Positions 54,105 to 64,000 of a stretch of 64,000 bases of DNA are shown here, piece after piece. A program made the translations under genes and the position numbers. Location of the stretch: assembly GCA_034520965.1 (NCBI GenBank), contig JAXHMY010000009.1, positions 224,557-288,556 of the forward strand, given 5' to 3'. The notes below the pieces were generated by a model. That model was not told the origin of the DNA, ran no database searches, and was given only the letters and a program-made list of their open reading frames with translations. How positions within the stretch are numbered: position 1 is the stretch's first letter; every line of letters starts with the position of its first letter. Source of the DNA: Spirochaetia bacterium. Its GTDB lineage: Bacteria > Spirochaetota > Spirochaetia > DSM-16054 > Sediminispirochaetaceae.

Positions 54105-55599
54105 GGTAGCTGATTAATTTTATGGGGGGATAAAGACTATTAATTTCTACACCTAACTGGTAAAATCTTCTCAGTACTTATAGGGAGGGAAGAGATGAGC
54201 ATACCAGAGGAAGTGATAGATCAGATATTTGAAGAGGTAAAAGAAGAAATTAAAGGGCAAAAGGCCCTTTCAAGTGAAGAGCCGCAGACGTTTCATGACA
54301 TTGAAGGGTCGATCTTAGCTATTCGCAAACGGTTCTCAGAACGCCTAGCAGAAGTTGCAATGGAGTATGAGGGGCAAAAGGAACAAAAAAAAACTGCCCA
54401 ATTTGCGGAGGATCAGCAGAGAGCAAGGGGAAGAAAAAAAGGCAGTTAGTAAGCCCCCTGGGCGAACTGAGAGTGAAAAGAAGGGTCTACAAATGCAAAG
54501 ATTGTAATCACTATTTCTATCCCTTGGATCACCATCTTGAAATAGCTCGCAGTAGTGCAAGTAAGCGTTTCGCAAAAATAAGTGCAATGATGAGCGTCTT
54601 TGCTCCATTCGAGCATGTACGCACCATGCTCAGCGAGACACTGGATATACAAGTCAGTCGAACATTTCTCAGCCAGATAGCTCACCGAATCGGCTCGAAG
54701 TTCTATCAACAAGCCCAACAGAACCAAGAAACCTCTCTATCTGAAGATCAAGGGCCGGAAACACTGTATATACAGGCCGATGGGGCAATGGTTCCGATCA
54801 GTGGAGAAGAAGGGCTGGAATTCAAGGAAAATAAGTTAGGTTTGGTCTTTAGTGAAGAGGATATTGAGCATAGAAAAACAAAAAACGGGAAGGAGCATAC
54901 AAAGATTCACCACAAGCGCTTTACTACCAGCCTGGCAAAAGGAACAGATGAGTTCAAAGAAATGCTCCATAACTCAGCCAAGAGCAAGGGGTTAGAGCAA
55001 GCGAAGACTACCATTTTCTTAAGTGATGGGGCCAGCTGGTTGAGAAAATATCGTCGTGAGTACTATCCCGGGGCGATTCAGATTCTCGATTGGTACCATG
55101 TGGTTGATCACTTATGGGCGACTGCACATAAATTATGGGGAGAGACGCAGAAACAAAAATCAGAGAAATGGGTAGAGCCTCTAAAGGATTTACTATGGGA
55201 AGGAAAAACCATTGAGGTTTTGGATAGGATTCGAGAGCACGCATTAAAGCGAAAGAAAAATCAGACCCCACTTTGGGAATTACACACGTATCTGTTCAAT
55301 AATAAAGATTTTTTGCGCTACCCTGAGTATCGAAGTAAAGGCTACTACATAGGAAGTGGTGCAATTGAGAGTGCAAATAAGTATGTGGTGACCAATAGAA
55401 TGAAAATGGCTGGAATGAGGTGGTCAATTCAAAAAGCAAACTCTCTGATCTGGCTCAGATGCAAGTACTTTGAAGATCAATGGGACTCAACCTGGGAACA
55501 GATAGAATCTTCGTGAGTATCTTGATTGGAATCCTGAAGAGGAGATGGAAAAATCTGCTTAACTGTGGCTTCTTGCCCCCACAAAATTAAACCGCCACC
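54105..55599 (+). mobile_element. ISKra4/ISLre2-like (UPF0236, IS256 superfamily) element
   Basis: imperfect terminal IRs GGTAGCTGATTAATTTTATGGGGG / CCCCCACAAAATTAAACCGCCACC; 8-bp duplication TATCGATA at 54097-54104 and 55600-55607. Confidence 0.88.
54195..55516 (+). CDS. transposase, two ORFs joined by a -1 shift at A9C
   Basis: CPICGG..CKDC, ADGAMVP, SDGASW, LDWYH, IGSGAIES, RMKMAGMRW. Confidence 0.88.
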
Positions 55600-55886
55600 T
55601 ATCGATAACTCATGTACACCAATTCGAGAACGTAGAACTATTAAATCACTATTTGGCATATAAAAGGATTGCGAGCACAGGTTATGTTTCTCAAAAGCGT
55701 AAGAAGCTGGCTTTGATCCGAATTCGCTGAACTGATTTTTTCTTTTTCACTCACGTATTGGTCAGCGAGCGGGGCACGCTCCTTTCTCCAATGCTTTCAG
55801 GTCGTTTGTGCGTGTATTACAATCAATCGGTCCGTTTTGAAGGGTTTTGTAGACCAACAGGATGAGCCTGTTCGCTCCAGAGTGGC

Positions 55887-55966
55887 GATTTGTGCCGATT
55901 TTGGGCGGAAGGCCCCCGTTTTCACCAGTTTTCGCCTTGACGCCTCGGATAACTTTTCCTATCATT
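55887..55966 (+). repeat. 80-bp promoter-bearing repeat, copy 2
   Basis: near-identical to 41793-41872. Confidence 0.85.
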
Positions 55967-56051
55967 TTAATCAGCAACAGAATTTATAAAATGAGAAAAG
56001 AAAAGGAAAATAATTAGATTTGACGTAACGAAATAGCCGGGAGGAGGCAAA

Positions 56052-56294
56052 ATGATGGTTAAAGTAGAAATCTGTGCAGGCAGCCACTGCTCGCTTGTCG
56101 GAGCTTTAGATATTTTAGAAACTTTAGAAGAACTGCAGGAAGATTATCCAGAGCAGATTGAAATTAAAAAAACTGAATGTATGGATAAATGTTTTGATAT
56201 GAAAAACGCGCCTGTTGTTAAAGTTGATGATGAACTGATTACTGGTGCTCAAACTCAGGTGGTAATCAGTAAAGTAATGGAGAGGATAAAATGA
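56052..56294 (+). CDS. thioredoxin-like [2Fe-2S] ferredoxin (NuoE-like small subunit)
   Basis: ICAGSHC..CMDKC..APVVKVD; GGAGG RBS. Confidence 0.8.
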   Translation: MMVKVEICAGSHCSLVGALDILETLEELQEDYPEQIEIKKTECMDKCFDMKNAPVVKVDDELITGAQTQVVISKVMERIK

Positions 56295-57810
56295 GTAAAC
56301 TAAAGGGTATCTTTACAGATATAGTAAAAATACGAAGAATGGTTTTTGCTGAGCTGGCAAGGCTGGCTCTTAAAGATGCAGATTATGAAGAATTTGATAA
56401 AATTCCCTTTAGAATTATTGATACTGAAGAGGCTACATATCGTTCAAGTATTTTTGAAGAAAGAGCGATAGTTGCCGCCAGAGTTCGAATGGGATTGGGT
56501 ATGGATTATGAAATAAATCAGGAACATAAACTTTTATCAGAAGGGATGTAGAGAATTTTCTTAAAAATGATAATCAACTGAAAGAGCCGCTGGTTAATGT
56601 TATTCGTTTTATTTGCGAAAAATGTCCGACTAATGCTCATTTTGTAACTAATAACTGCCGTAAATGTCTGGCTCATCCCTGCAGTATTGTCTGTCCGGTG
56701 GATGCAATTACCATTGAAGAGGAGGCGGCTGTTATTGATCAGGAAAAATGTATTAACTGCGGCAAATGTAAGGAGGCCTGTCCTTATGAAGCAATAGTTA
56801 ATTATGAGCGCCCCTGTGCTGCAGCCTGTGGCGTTGATGCGATAGAAAGTGATGACTATAATCGGGCTAAAATAAATCAGGATAAATGTGTCAGCTGTGG
56901 TCAGTGTATTATTGCTTGTCCTTTTGGGGCTATTGCTGATAAATCAATGATCTATCAGCTGCTTAAGGATATCAAAAGAGGAGAAGATGTGCGGGCAATT
57001 ATTGCTCCTTCTTTTGTCGGTCAGTTTGGTCCTTTAGTCTCTCCCGAAAAAGTTATAGCAGCACTTAAAGTACTGGGAATCGAAGAAGTGAGAGAGGTTA
57101 GTTTAGGAGCAGATGATCAATCTTTACATGAAGCTGAACTTTTTGCTGAAGATATTCCGGATGAGCAGCCATATCTCGGTACTTCCTGCTGTCCTTCCTG
57201 GACTTATGTGGCAGATAAACATGTGCCAGAAACAAAAGATAATATTTCAGAGTCGAGTTCTCCAATGATTTTTGCAGCTCAATCTGTTAAAGAAGATAAT
57301 CAGGACAGTAAAGTTGTATTTATCGGTCCCTGTGTTTCCAAAAAGCTGGAAGCATTAAGCGAGAAGGTAAGAGCTGAAGTCGAATATGTAATTACCTTTG
57401 AAGAACTGGCCGCTATGTTTGTGGCTGCTGATATTGAGCTGACCAAAGTTGAGGCTGAAGAAGAAATTAATGATGCATCTTACTACGGCCGTGAATATGC
57501 TAATGCCGGTGGAGTAGCAGAAGCAATCAGACAGAATTTAAAAGAGAAGTATGATATTGATCCACCTGTCGCTAAAGCTGATGGACTGGCAGACTGTAAG
57601 AAAACTTTAACTAAGGCCAAAGCTGGTGTGCTCGATGGTCATCTGATTGAAGGAATGGCCTGTGAGGGTGGCTGTGTTGGTGGGCCCGGAGCCTTACTGG
57701 CAACTAATAGAGGGGCTAAAAATGTGAAAAAGTTTGCTGATGAATCTCCCTATAAATTTGCCTTTGAGAATGATAAATTAAAAAAAGATCGAAATGATAA
57801 TAATGAGTAA
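56291..57810 (+). CDS. monomeric [FeFe]-hydrogenase (group B-like) with 4Fe-4S dicluster domains; frameshift near 56550
   Basis: H-cluster motifs TSCCPSW, GPCVSKKLE, EGMACEGGCVGGP; CxxCxxCxxxCP ferredoxin motifs. Confidence 0.88.
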
Positions 57811-57925
57811 TAGTTTTTCAAAAGTAAAAATCAGTTACTTTAAACTTCAAAAAGTTAAGATATTAATCAACTCATTCTAAATTCCTCATTTTTATTATGC
57901 TACTTTAATAAAGATGATGCCCAAG

Positions 57926-58081
57926 TGTACTCTTTTATTGAATCCCATTTGTATCGCTCGTCAGTCAGTGTTACCTTCAGATATGACCTTCTTATACTCT
58001 TCGATATAGGGCTTTAGTTTAGACTCATTCATACTACTTTCTCCTTATAAAAAGGATAAGGCATGATTCGAAGTGTTGTCT
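57926..58081 (-). repeat. copied gene-start module, copy 3
   Basis: MNESKLKPYIEEYKKVISEGNTD*, ends at the TGTACTCTTTT arm. Confidence 0.85.
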
Positions 58082-58713
58082 TACTTTCTAAGAATGGTAA
58101 AATAAGCTTCATCGTTTATACTTTTTCTATTCTTTTTCCATCTATAATATAATTTTGATTGTTTTCTTATGTGTTCGATATCTGTCTTATGCTTATGTTG
58201 TAAAGAATCAATTACTTGTACTTTACTAATCATATATGGCATTACATCTGCACATAAATCATTATTTAATGAAATGGGAATAAAAACTTCTCCTACGCCT
58301 CTTTTAGGCACCTCTATAGGTTCAGTAGTGAATGGTATAATACAATGATTCAGTCCAAATACACCCCACCTCAATGATACGCGAACTATGGTTACTGGAT
58401 TATTACTGAAGTTTTGCAACCTTATCCAAAGAAAGGTTTTTTTATTTGTAATCCACTCATGTCTAAGTAATCTGAACGATTTCTTTATTACACTTTCTTT
58501 CTTATTTCTATCTATAAAACTTATCCATTCAGAAGGTACTGGAAAAGCATCTTTTGGAGTTATTTTAACAACTTCATTGGGTACAAGCCATGTAGTTCCC
58601 TTTATCTTTAGCCATCTTTTTCTGTTTATTTGTATAATTGAATATATAGCAAAAATTAGAGAAACAATTACACTAATTGCTGTCCAATTAATTGGTAACA
58701 ATTTGAACATCAT
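58081..58713 (-). CDS. hypothetical protein with N-terminal membrane anchor
   Basis: 210-aa AT-rich ORF, GAGG RBS, hydrophobic N-terminus. Confidence 0.6.
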   Translation of the reverse strand: MMFKLLPINWTAISVIVSLIFAIYSIIQINRKRWLKIKGTTWLVPNEVVKITPKDAFPVPSEWISFIDRNKKESVIKKSFRLLRHEWITNKKTFLWIRLQNFSNNPVTIVRVSLRWGVFGLNHCIIPFTTEPIEVPKRGVGEVFIPISLNNDLCADVMPYMISKVQVIDSLQHKHKTDIEHIRKQSKLYYRWKKNRKSINDEAYFTILRK

Positions 58714-58849
58714 AAAACACTTATCCTCTCAGTAGATTTAAATTATGATATAATTAAGAGTTCGGCTGGATTGATATATGAGTTATTAATTTGCAAAGCA
58801 CCATAATTTTCCCCTATTTGGTTCTTGTAAAAAAAGATATTATTCTGTC

Positions 58850-59892
58850 CTACGAACCCCATACATTTACTGACCGGGCGTCAAAAATGTGGACTTTGCA
58901 GTCAAAATCATCAACGATACTCTCAATGTGTTCTCGGTCTTTCTCAGAATAGACTCCTATATAAATACTCCACAGCTTTGGGGGACTCTTCTTGCCATGT
59001 TTTGCTGCCTTATTAATGGCATCTATGAGATGTGTATCATATTCGCCGAAGTTGAAGCCAAATGTCACAAGTGATCCTGTGATCTTTGTACAGTTGTTCA
59101 AAGCAAAACGCTAAATACTGGTTGTGCTTGATATGGGTAAGCTTTTCTCGCCATTGCCAGCAGTCACGAAAATTGGATATTCTTTTCGCTCCATTCGCTT
59201 GTTGATGTTCTCAAGAAGAAGGTGTTCGCTGTCATACTCCTCTTTAACAATTTCGATTCCGGTATCGAATATCGGAAGTGCGCCATGCAGGTAGTAAATA
59301 GTCTGCTCTTCCTTGTGCTTTCCCCATCGAAGTTCCGAGTATTCTAGTTCATCTTCCGGCACCCATTCGTCAAGATTCTCTCGATCTCGGCCAAATCCAT
59401 CGACAGAGTTTTGGATCTTGTTGCGTAACAAAATCCAGTAAAGCAGAATGTCATAGTATGTGTGGTGAACACTTTGCCGCCATTTTCCAAATACCATCTT
59501 AAGAAGGAAGCACACGCTTCATTCTTATTATCGGAGATCTTAAAAACGTGCTCTGGATGAAGTTCTTTTACAGCATCTATGAGGCTCGCTTTTAGCTGAG
59601 AACTTGCAGAATCAATACGCTCCTGTAGTGATTGATCTGCGCCGAGCGCCTCTACTAATTCTGAAAAGTTATCGAGCTGTTGCATCACAAGCTCAAAGTT
59701 CTTTGTGTTGACTATTTCGAATAGCTTTGACAGCAATTCGTTGTCAATTTTAGCTATAAATTGATGCAAAGCATTATATGAGAAGATTTCCGCATCGAAG
59801 GCCATACTAAAGCCATTGCCAAGAAGCAAATTTACATCGCGGTCTTTCTTCCTTAATTCTTTCTGTATGCCTGGATATGTTTCAAGTTTCAT
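58850..59892 (-). CDS. DUF4917-family (SIR2-like) protein, two frameshifts
   Basis: LLLGNGFS, YDILLYW, DGFG, YYLHGAL, FGFNFGEYDTH. Confidence 0.75.
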
Positions 59893-60098
59893 AATGTTTT
59901 TTCTTAAACTGCTGTAGAACTATCGAGCAGACCTGTTTTCCATTGGTCTGTGAATCTCAAATCATAGCCCGTTTTATTCTTCACCCTCTAATCTTTTTCC
60001 TATGATTTTAGACATGCTAATTCTGCTGGTCCGCTTCTCTCTTGCTCTACCTCTGAAGGCCTTATATATGCTATGTGGCAATGCATATATCTTCTAAA

Positions 60099-60893
60099 TT
60101 ACTTTGAATAACTAACTCTTGTAGGTACAACCCCATTTGCACCAATCTGTTTTTTCCTCCAATCAACAATGAACTTATAAGCTGCTTGTTGAATTGTATC
60201 TAACCTATCTGTTACATATTCGATTTCTTTAACACTAATATTATTAAATCCATGCGCAATACTATTTCTAAGACTGTTATTATCATCAATCCAATTTTCA
60301 TCTCCATTAATTATAGGCCATTGGTTATTATCACCCCATAAGAGTTTAAAACATTCCCAAATTTGGCTTATAGTACCTTTTTTTGCAGTATCATTTTTTG
60401 GATGGTATTTAGTTGCTATTATTTCAATACTATTCCAATAAGCCAAGAACTTATCGAATGGATCTTCTGTGTTTAACCCTTTCCTATACCAACTTAATGA
60501 TCTTTGAAAGTGTGGTTTATCAAGAATTCTCCAAGATTCATAATAAGCATGTGCAAATTCCTTTTTGTCTATGACGCGTCTAACTTCGTATTCTTCTATA
60601 TGAATATTTTCATAATTGCTTATTTTCAACGGTAAATTTATTATTATTGCAAGATAATCAATAATTCTGCCAAAAAATAGTATTGCAGCCTTTTTTGCTA
60701 AATCTTCGGATATGGCTTTAGCTGTAACATATACTTTCAAACCTTGTGTTTTATTATTTATAATTTCTATATCACTGTAAAAAGGATCTCTGTCTGCTTT
60801 CCACTCTTTTTTTGCACTCATCTTGAAGCGATTATTAATAGAGATAGGTCCTTCTATATATAAAGTTACGATCCAAATCGTATTATCACTCAA
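60099..60893 (-). CDS. HEPN-domain protein (MauJ/ApeA-like)
   Basis: SLSWYRKGL..DKFLAYWNSIE and RNSIAH (Rx4H). Confidence 0.7.
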   Translation of the reverse strand: MSDNTIWIVTLYIEGPISINNRFKMSAKKEWKADRDPFYSDIEIINNKTQGLKVYVTAKAISEDLAKKAAILFFGRIIDYLAIIINLPLKISNYENIHIEEYEVRRVIDKKEFAHAYYESWRILDKPHFQRSLSWYRKGLNTEDPFDKFLAYWNSIEIIATKYHPKNDTAKKGTISQIWECFKLLWGDNNQWPIINGDENWIDDNNSLRNSIAHGFNNISVKEIEYVTDRLDTIQQAAYKFIVDWRKKQIGANGVVPTRVSYSK

Positions 60894-60940
60894 ACATTTA
60901 CCTCTTTTTATTAATATATAAAATCAATAATAAATTCTCA

Positions 60941-61745
60941 TTATTTTCCATATTGTTTCACTAATGAACCTATTAAAAAATCTGTTAATGTTTTACTTGC
61001 ATTAACTGCTAACATTGCATGATGTTTTTCAGGATTATATTTTCCTTGGATGTGAATCACTCATGTCATTTCGCATATTTGATAATCCATTTACTATCGA
61101 ATTTAGTCCAGATAGTATTTGCTTAATTGAATCGGGATAATCTTTATTCTTAAAATCTAAATTTAAGATATTTTTTATTCTTTTATATGCAGCTAATAAG
61201 TCTCCTTTGTGGATATAATTTTTATCATATTTACTTAAAATATCTAACATGACTGCTTCACACAGAGTTCTAGCATTCGTTATTGCTCCATCGTAATCAT
61301 TATCAATTATTTTTTGATCACATTTGTTTAATTGTTCAGAAACATAATCATTTTCAAAAGCTTCAATATTTTCTGCTTCTATAACCTTTTCTTCAATTGT
61401 ATATATTTTAGTAATCTTTTTATTTTTTTCTAACTTATATCCATCATATTGCAGTAGTTCATTAACCTTTTCTATTGCATAATCAATATCATGTTCCGTA
61501 TCAAAGAAATGTCTCGGATGAAAAATTTCTTCTAATAATCTGGTTAATTGCTCTGTTCCATTAATTTCAGACAGTTTAATTTCAGTATAATACCATCTAG
61601 ATGGAAATCCTTTACCATAAACATCTCTTGATCCATAACTATTAAACAAATCTACAAGGTTTGGTCCACTTAAATATGGTGTGTAACCAGAATCACCGCA
61701 AATAATTTTTGATAAATGCTTTATTGTAAAATCTGATAATTTCAT
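60941..61745 (-). CDS. abortive-infection family protein (AbiJ-type N-terminal domain plus Abi_C HEPN); 1-nt frameshift near 61040
   Basis: YLSGPNLVDLFN, FPSRWYY, LQYDGY, GAITNARTLCE, RNDMSDSH; tail HHAMLAVNASKTL in another frame. Confidence 0.8.
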
Positions 61746-61765
61746 TTTTCTTCTCCATTATTGCC

Positions 61766-61868
61766 ATATAACATTCACTTGAGTCGCCTGGCGTTAAGCT
61801 GGCGCGTGTTCTTGCGTAAGCAAGAACCGTGACAGTAGCCACGACTGCTCCATTTGCTTGTTATACTG
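61766..61868 (-). other. integron attC site
   Basis: minus strand CAGTATAAC (R'')..GAGCAGTCG..GTTCTTGC-ttac-GCAAGAAC..CGACTC..GTTATAT (R'), ~100 bp, between a stop codon and the next RBS. Confidence 0.82.
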
Positions 61869-61872
61869 TAAA

Positions 61873-63794
61873 CTATGTTAAAAATTTCACAATTCTTTTT
61901 TCTATCCCGTCTTTTAATTTTCCAAAAAAAAGGCGTAGAGTAAAACCAAATCCAATATTCAAAATCGTTAGTACAGCCAACACACCCTGGATTGTATATT
62001 TTATTATCTTATTACTAATACTAGTATGCGTTAATATAATACAAGCTATAAAAATTACAGCAACTATTATCGCAAAGATGTAAGTTATGATTTTAGAAAT
62101 TAATGAAGAGCGTAAATGTACTTTATTTATAACCTTTCTGCTATTTTCTATAGCTTTTTCTTTTTTTTCATTAATTGAAACTAATTCACTAATCTCTTTA
62201 TTCTTTCCATCAACAATATTATGAAACTCATCTTCTAATGGCTTAGATACATCCCTTTTAAATTCCTCTAGCATCTCTTGAGGCAGCTCATCATCAAAAA
62301 CATCTGGATTTCCGAACACTTTATCCTCAAGCTTATCTATTGCGGCCTGAGTTTTCATAAAATAAAATTCTGCCTCAGTTATAGCGTTATCATCTTTTAA
62401 CTTTTTGAGCTCGTGTATATATCTATTTACGAGTTCATGGTTTGGTTCTAAAAAAGAAATCGTATCTGTGATGATCTTTTTTTCGTAATTCTTCAATTAT
62501 TGGTGGATCTATCTAACCATACATGTGTTCCGACGAATACATCGGTCACACATTCAGGTATATAGAATCTGCCTTTTTCTTCTAAAATATAATTCCTAGA
62601 AGAGCGAGCTAAAGCACTATTGGTAGTGATAAAAACAGCATTACAATTTCTTAGTGAGGAGAAAAAATGACCTTTTCTATATTGCCTGATGCGTGAGATT
62701 GATTTTACATCTCGAAGTATTACATTTCTTTTTTTCCATTGCAAGAACGTATCTTGTTGAATATTATATTCTTCTAAAATTAATTCTTCTAATCTTTTTT
62801 CATTTATAAACTCATCAAGTTCTTTCAACTCTATTGTGCCGTCATACGTTTTTATGCCATACTCATTAAGAGTTTTCTCTAATTTTGCTTTGATTAACAT
62901 AATATCACTTGCAGAGTATTTCTCTTCAATGAAGAATTTCAAAGAAGGTCCGATGTACTGCAAGCTACTTTTATCACGCCCAATGAGTCGAATTGATTCA
63001 TCTAAGATATGATTTGCCTCATCGATTGTGTGTTCAAAGACTTTAATCTTTGCCTTATTCTTCTTTAACATTACCAATAATGTCTCATAATAGCCCTGCT
63101 TCTCTTTACCTTCTAAGCCAATCAATCGAAGCAGCAATCTTGTATCTAGGAAAATAGAACTATTCTTTAATGATATCCTTCGATTCTCTATATTTGAGAA
63201 AAATATTGTTGATGCAAATAAGTACCCGACAGCTAATTCTACTATTATTCTAAAATCATGCTCCCTGTTATTATATAATTCAGTTATATATTTGTAAAAA
63301 ACGTATTCTTCCTTTTGGCTTACGCTCGTTTCCGGCAATATAGATTCACTTAGTATTAGTAGTTCTGCATCATATTTTTTTAAGTATGAGATTATTATAT
63401 CTGTAACTTTTTCTTCAGATATTTTTATATTATAAACATCTAAGCAAAATTTACAAAAATCATCATATATATACTCAATTTCCTTCTCTTTTTGTTTTAC
63501 ATGTTCTGTAAATGCGAATTTATCTATTTTACTTTCAATGAAAATGTAGTTGTCACTTGATTTTTTGATTAGCTTTGATCGCATGCCTCGACTAAGAATG
63601 GATCGAAGTGCATGATATGGTATTTTTATACCGTATTTTTCTTTGAAATCACTCTGTATCTTTGGTATATCAACACTTTTGTAACTCTTTTCCTTAGCTA
63701 ATGACGCTATAAAAGGTAAAAAAGTATCTAAGTAATCTCTGCCGTGTTCAATATTGGCCTTTAACACTGCTACACATTTAACCGTTTCGATCAT
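61873..63794 (-). CDS. large PIN-like protein with two C-terminal TM helices (ORFs 62493-63794 and 61873-62496, likely one frameshifted gene)
   Basis: IFLDTRLLLRLIG, DVKSI, FITTN; hydrophobic C-terminal pair. Confidence 0.55.
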
Positions 63795-63828
63795 CTTTTC
63801 TCACCCTATTTTTTTTATCAGTATAACA

Positions 63829-63848
63829 TTTATATTCGGCAGAACCAT
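63829..63848 (-). other. R' crossover site (GTTATACTG) of a truncated attC or attI-like site
   Basis: exact 9-nt complement of R'' at 61860-61868; no upstream R'' found within ~150 nt. Confidence 0.65.
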
Positions 63849-63961
63849 GCTAATTATATCTCATCACTCATCATTAGTCAGAAGCAATAAACAGTGATTA
63901 CTTACCATATAAAACCGCAAAATAGCTACATAACATCATATACAATGCCTTACTATCTTGT

Positions 63962-63990
63962 AGACTAAACCCTCATACCTCAGCTGTCCA
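63962..63990 (-). promoter_or_regulatory. promoter TGGACA-N17-TAGTCT, copy 2
   Basis: homologous to 53873-53901; points into the cassette array. Confidence 0.6.
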
Positions 63991-64000
63991 GCCTTAAAAA

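Noticed and set aside
58730..60098. Additional attC sites around the DUF4917 and HEPN genes (GTTCTAC at ~59914-59920, ACATAGC at ~60071-60077)
   Set aside because: Only weak single-box resemblance, with no convincing paired L boxes or complementary R''/R'.

Overview
The window looks bacterial, probably a Spirochaetia/Spirochaetales-like genome (inferred from gene content, not verified). Many genes are broken by 1-2 nt indels, often at homopolymers, so a large share of the apparent pseudogenes may be long-read errors. Positions 1-32 kb are mostly GC-rich housekeeping DNA: AddB/AddA-like nuclease and helicase, psuG/psuK, ltaE, aroA, trpB2 with a Trp-codon attenuator, a nucleoside ABC-uptake/catabolism operon with a double-HTH SorC-type regulator, a REC-PAS-histidine kinase and guaB. 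Positions 32-64 kb are a mosaic accessory region that becomes AT-rich towards the right end. It holds REP-like hairpins, toxin-antitoxin remnants, a Fic gene, and an IS110/IS1111-type element inserted at the foot of a hairpin. It also holds three copies of a short element bounded by tRNA-Arg-like halves, an IS21, an ISKra4-like element, a foreign-looking [FeFe]-hydrogenase locus, and an integron-type cassette region with HEPN/Abi/PIN/DUF4917 defence-like genes. The most unusual signal is a repeated module bracketing cargo blocks at 52-64 kb. It consists of a 28-bp 11-6-11 palindrome, a conserved TGGACA-N17-TAGTCT promoter and a copied gene start. No integrase gene was recognised in the window.
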